A stretch of DNA of 64,000 nucleotides from Ramazzottius varieornatus (lineage: Eukaryota > Animalia > Tardigrada): positions 1,480,973-1,544,972 of the forward strand of contig BDGG01000012.1 of assembly GCA_001949185.1 (NCBI GenBank), written 5' to 3'. Below are positions 62,826 through 64,000 of this stretch, in pieces. The translations under genes were made by a program, and so were the position numbers. Each line of letters begins with the position of its first letter. The first letter of the stretch is position 1. Under the pieces are notes generated by a model that searched no databases, had not been told where the DNA came from, and saw only the letters and a program-made list of their open reading frames with translations.

Positions 62826-64000
62826 ATGGATCCGCAGTTTAACTGGCCAACGGATCTTTCCTCCCAGGAGAATGCTATGATGTCCACCTTTAATTTTTTT
62901 GCAGCTTCCGGTGGAGGCTTAGGCCCTATTGGACCTCCTCAAAGTGGACCTTCGTCGACGGCAGGAGCAGTGGGAATGCAGAACACACCGATCACAATGC
63001 CTCCCCTCCAGAGTCTGAGCTTAACGCCGACCACTTCCCAACCTCCCACCACCATGTCCATGTCCACCCTGATGACCCAAACGTCCATGTCACAAGTCCC
63101 TGCTCAAATGGCCATGATTCCCTCCGTGCCCATGGAGTTTGCCTGTCCACGACGACCCAATGTGGGAGCAGAAGGCCGTCAGATTGTCCTCCGAGCCAAC
63201 CATTTCCAGTTACATGTGCCTCGTGGCTTCATCCACCACTACGACATTTCCATCCAGCCTGACAAGTGCCCTCGCCGCGTCAACCGAGACATCATCGAAA
63301 CTATGGTCCAGGGGTACTCGCATTCCATATTCAACGGACAGAAGCCCGTTTTTGATGGCAAGAAGAACCTTTACACGCGCGATGCCTTACCCATCGGGAA
63401 GGAAAAGGTATGTGAAACTTCCCTCGGCCTAGCCATCTGCCCTCCGATCCTACCATGTATTTTCTTGTTACAGAGAGAACTGGAAGTCACACTACCTGGT
63501 GAAGGGAAGGATCGAGTTTTCCAGGTGGCAATAAAGTGGATGGCCAAAGTCAGTCTGTACGATCTGAAGGAAGCGCTGGAAGGAGCGCGCCCGATGCCTC
63601 CGGAATGTCTTCTCGCTCTGGACGTTGTCATGAGACATTTGCCGAGCATGACGTAAGTCTTCTAGCTTGTAGTAGGAAGCTAATCCGTCAAGAAGCCAGA
63701 CGGGGTATCTTCCCTGCTTTGTACAAGCTTTAGTGTTTGTGACTAGGAAGTGCTCAACCAACAGAGACGACATCGTCGACTGAATGAGTCAAACAGATCG
63801 ATATGGGTTTTCCTGACTTGTCTAAGTGCTTTGTGTCTTTCTTCAGGTATACGCCTGTGGGTCGATCCTTTTTCTCCTCTCCCGATGGGTACTATCATCC
63901 GCTGGGAGGCGGCCGCGAAGTCTGGTTTGGCTTCCATCAAAGCGTCCGTCCTTCACAATGGAAAATGATGCTGAATATCGACGGTGAGGTTATCTATTTC
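62826..64000 (+). CDS. AGO1: Argonaute, miRNA class (AGO1-type), 5' part; gene continues past window end
   Basis: [54 protein letters not shown]|[37 protein letters not shown]. Confidence 0.96.

Noticed and set aside
34091-64000. MOV10-like locus, TE island and AGO1 as a linked RNA-silencing cluster
   Set aside because: They are separated by many unrelated housekeeping genes, and this AGO is miRNA-class; co-location is probably chance
1-64000. CRISPR arrays, prokaryotic operons, tRNA/rRNA genes
   Set aside because: The sequence is spliced eukaryotic DNA; no regularly spaced repeats or recognisable tRNA/rRNA genes were seen

Overview
Gene-dense, intron-containing animal genomic DNA with short GT-AG introns and many head-to-head or tail-to-tail gene pairs. 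The compactness and gene content suggest a small-genome ecdysozoan such as a eutardigrade; this is inference, not shown by the sequence. About 26 protein-coding genes can be assembled by hand. Most are conserved: NOL7-like, CBM14 chitin-binding protein, CTR copper transporter, C11orf54, CCDC28-like, G-gamma, multi-repeat beta-thymosin, LYRM9, RFC2, NMD3, KNL2/M18BP1, CIAO2B, rolling stone, TRMT2A, FH, RPL10A, ACADS, RRP15, MTERF3, N6AMT1, CCS, a PLP aminotransferase and AGO1. Three are absent from, or misread by, the ORF track: a 4-exon Arg/Ser-rich protamine-like gene with a repeated V-x-V-H-A-Y-x-R-R motif (13290-14078), a ~500-aa His-rich protein (2596-4316) and a G-gamma subunit. Also present are a decayed MOV10/Armitage-like helicase ending in an apparent membrane tail-anchor, a SNORD45-like intronic snoRNA, three GC-AG introns and a ~6.5-kb DNA-transposon island (hAT, TA-target MITE, Tc4/Tc5-like, near-intact mariner, piggyBac-like). 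One MITE sits inside a CCS splice donor. All gene models and family assignments were made by eye and from remembered family motifs; no searches were run.
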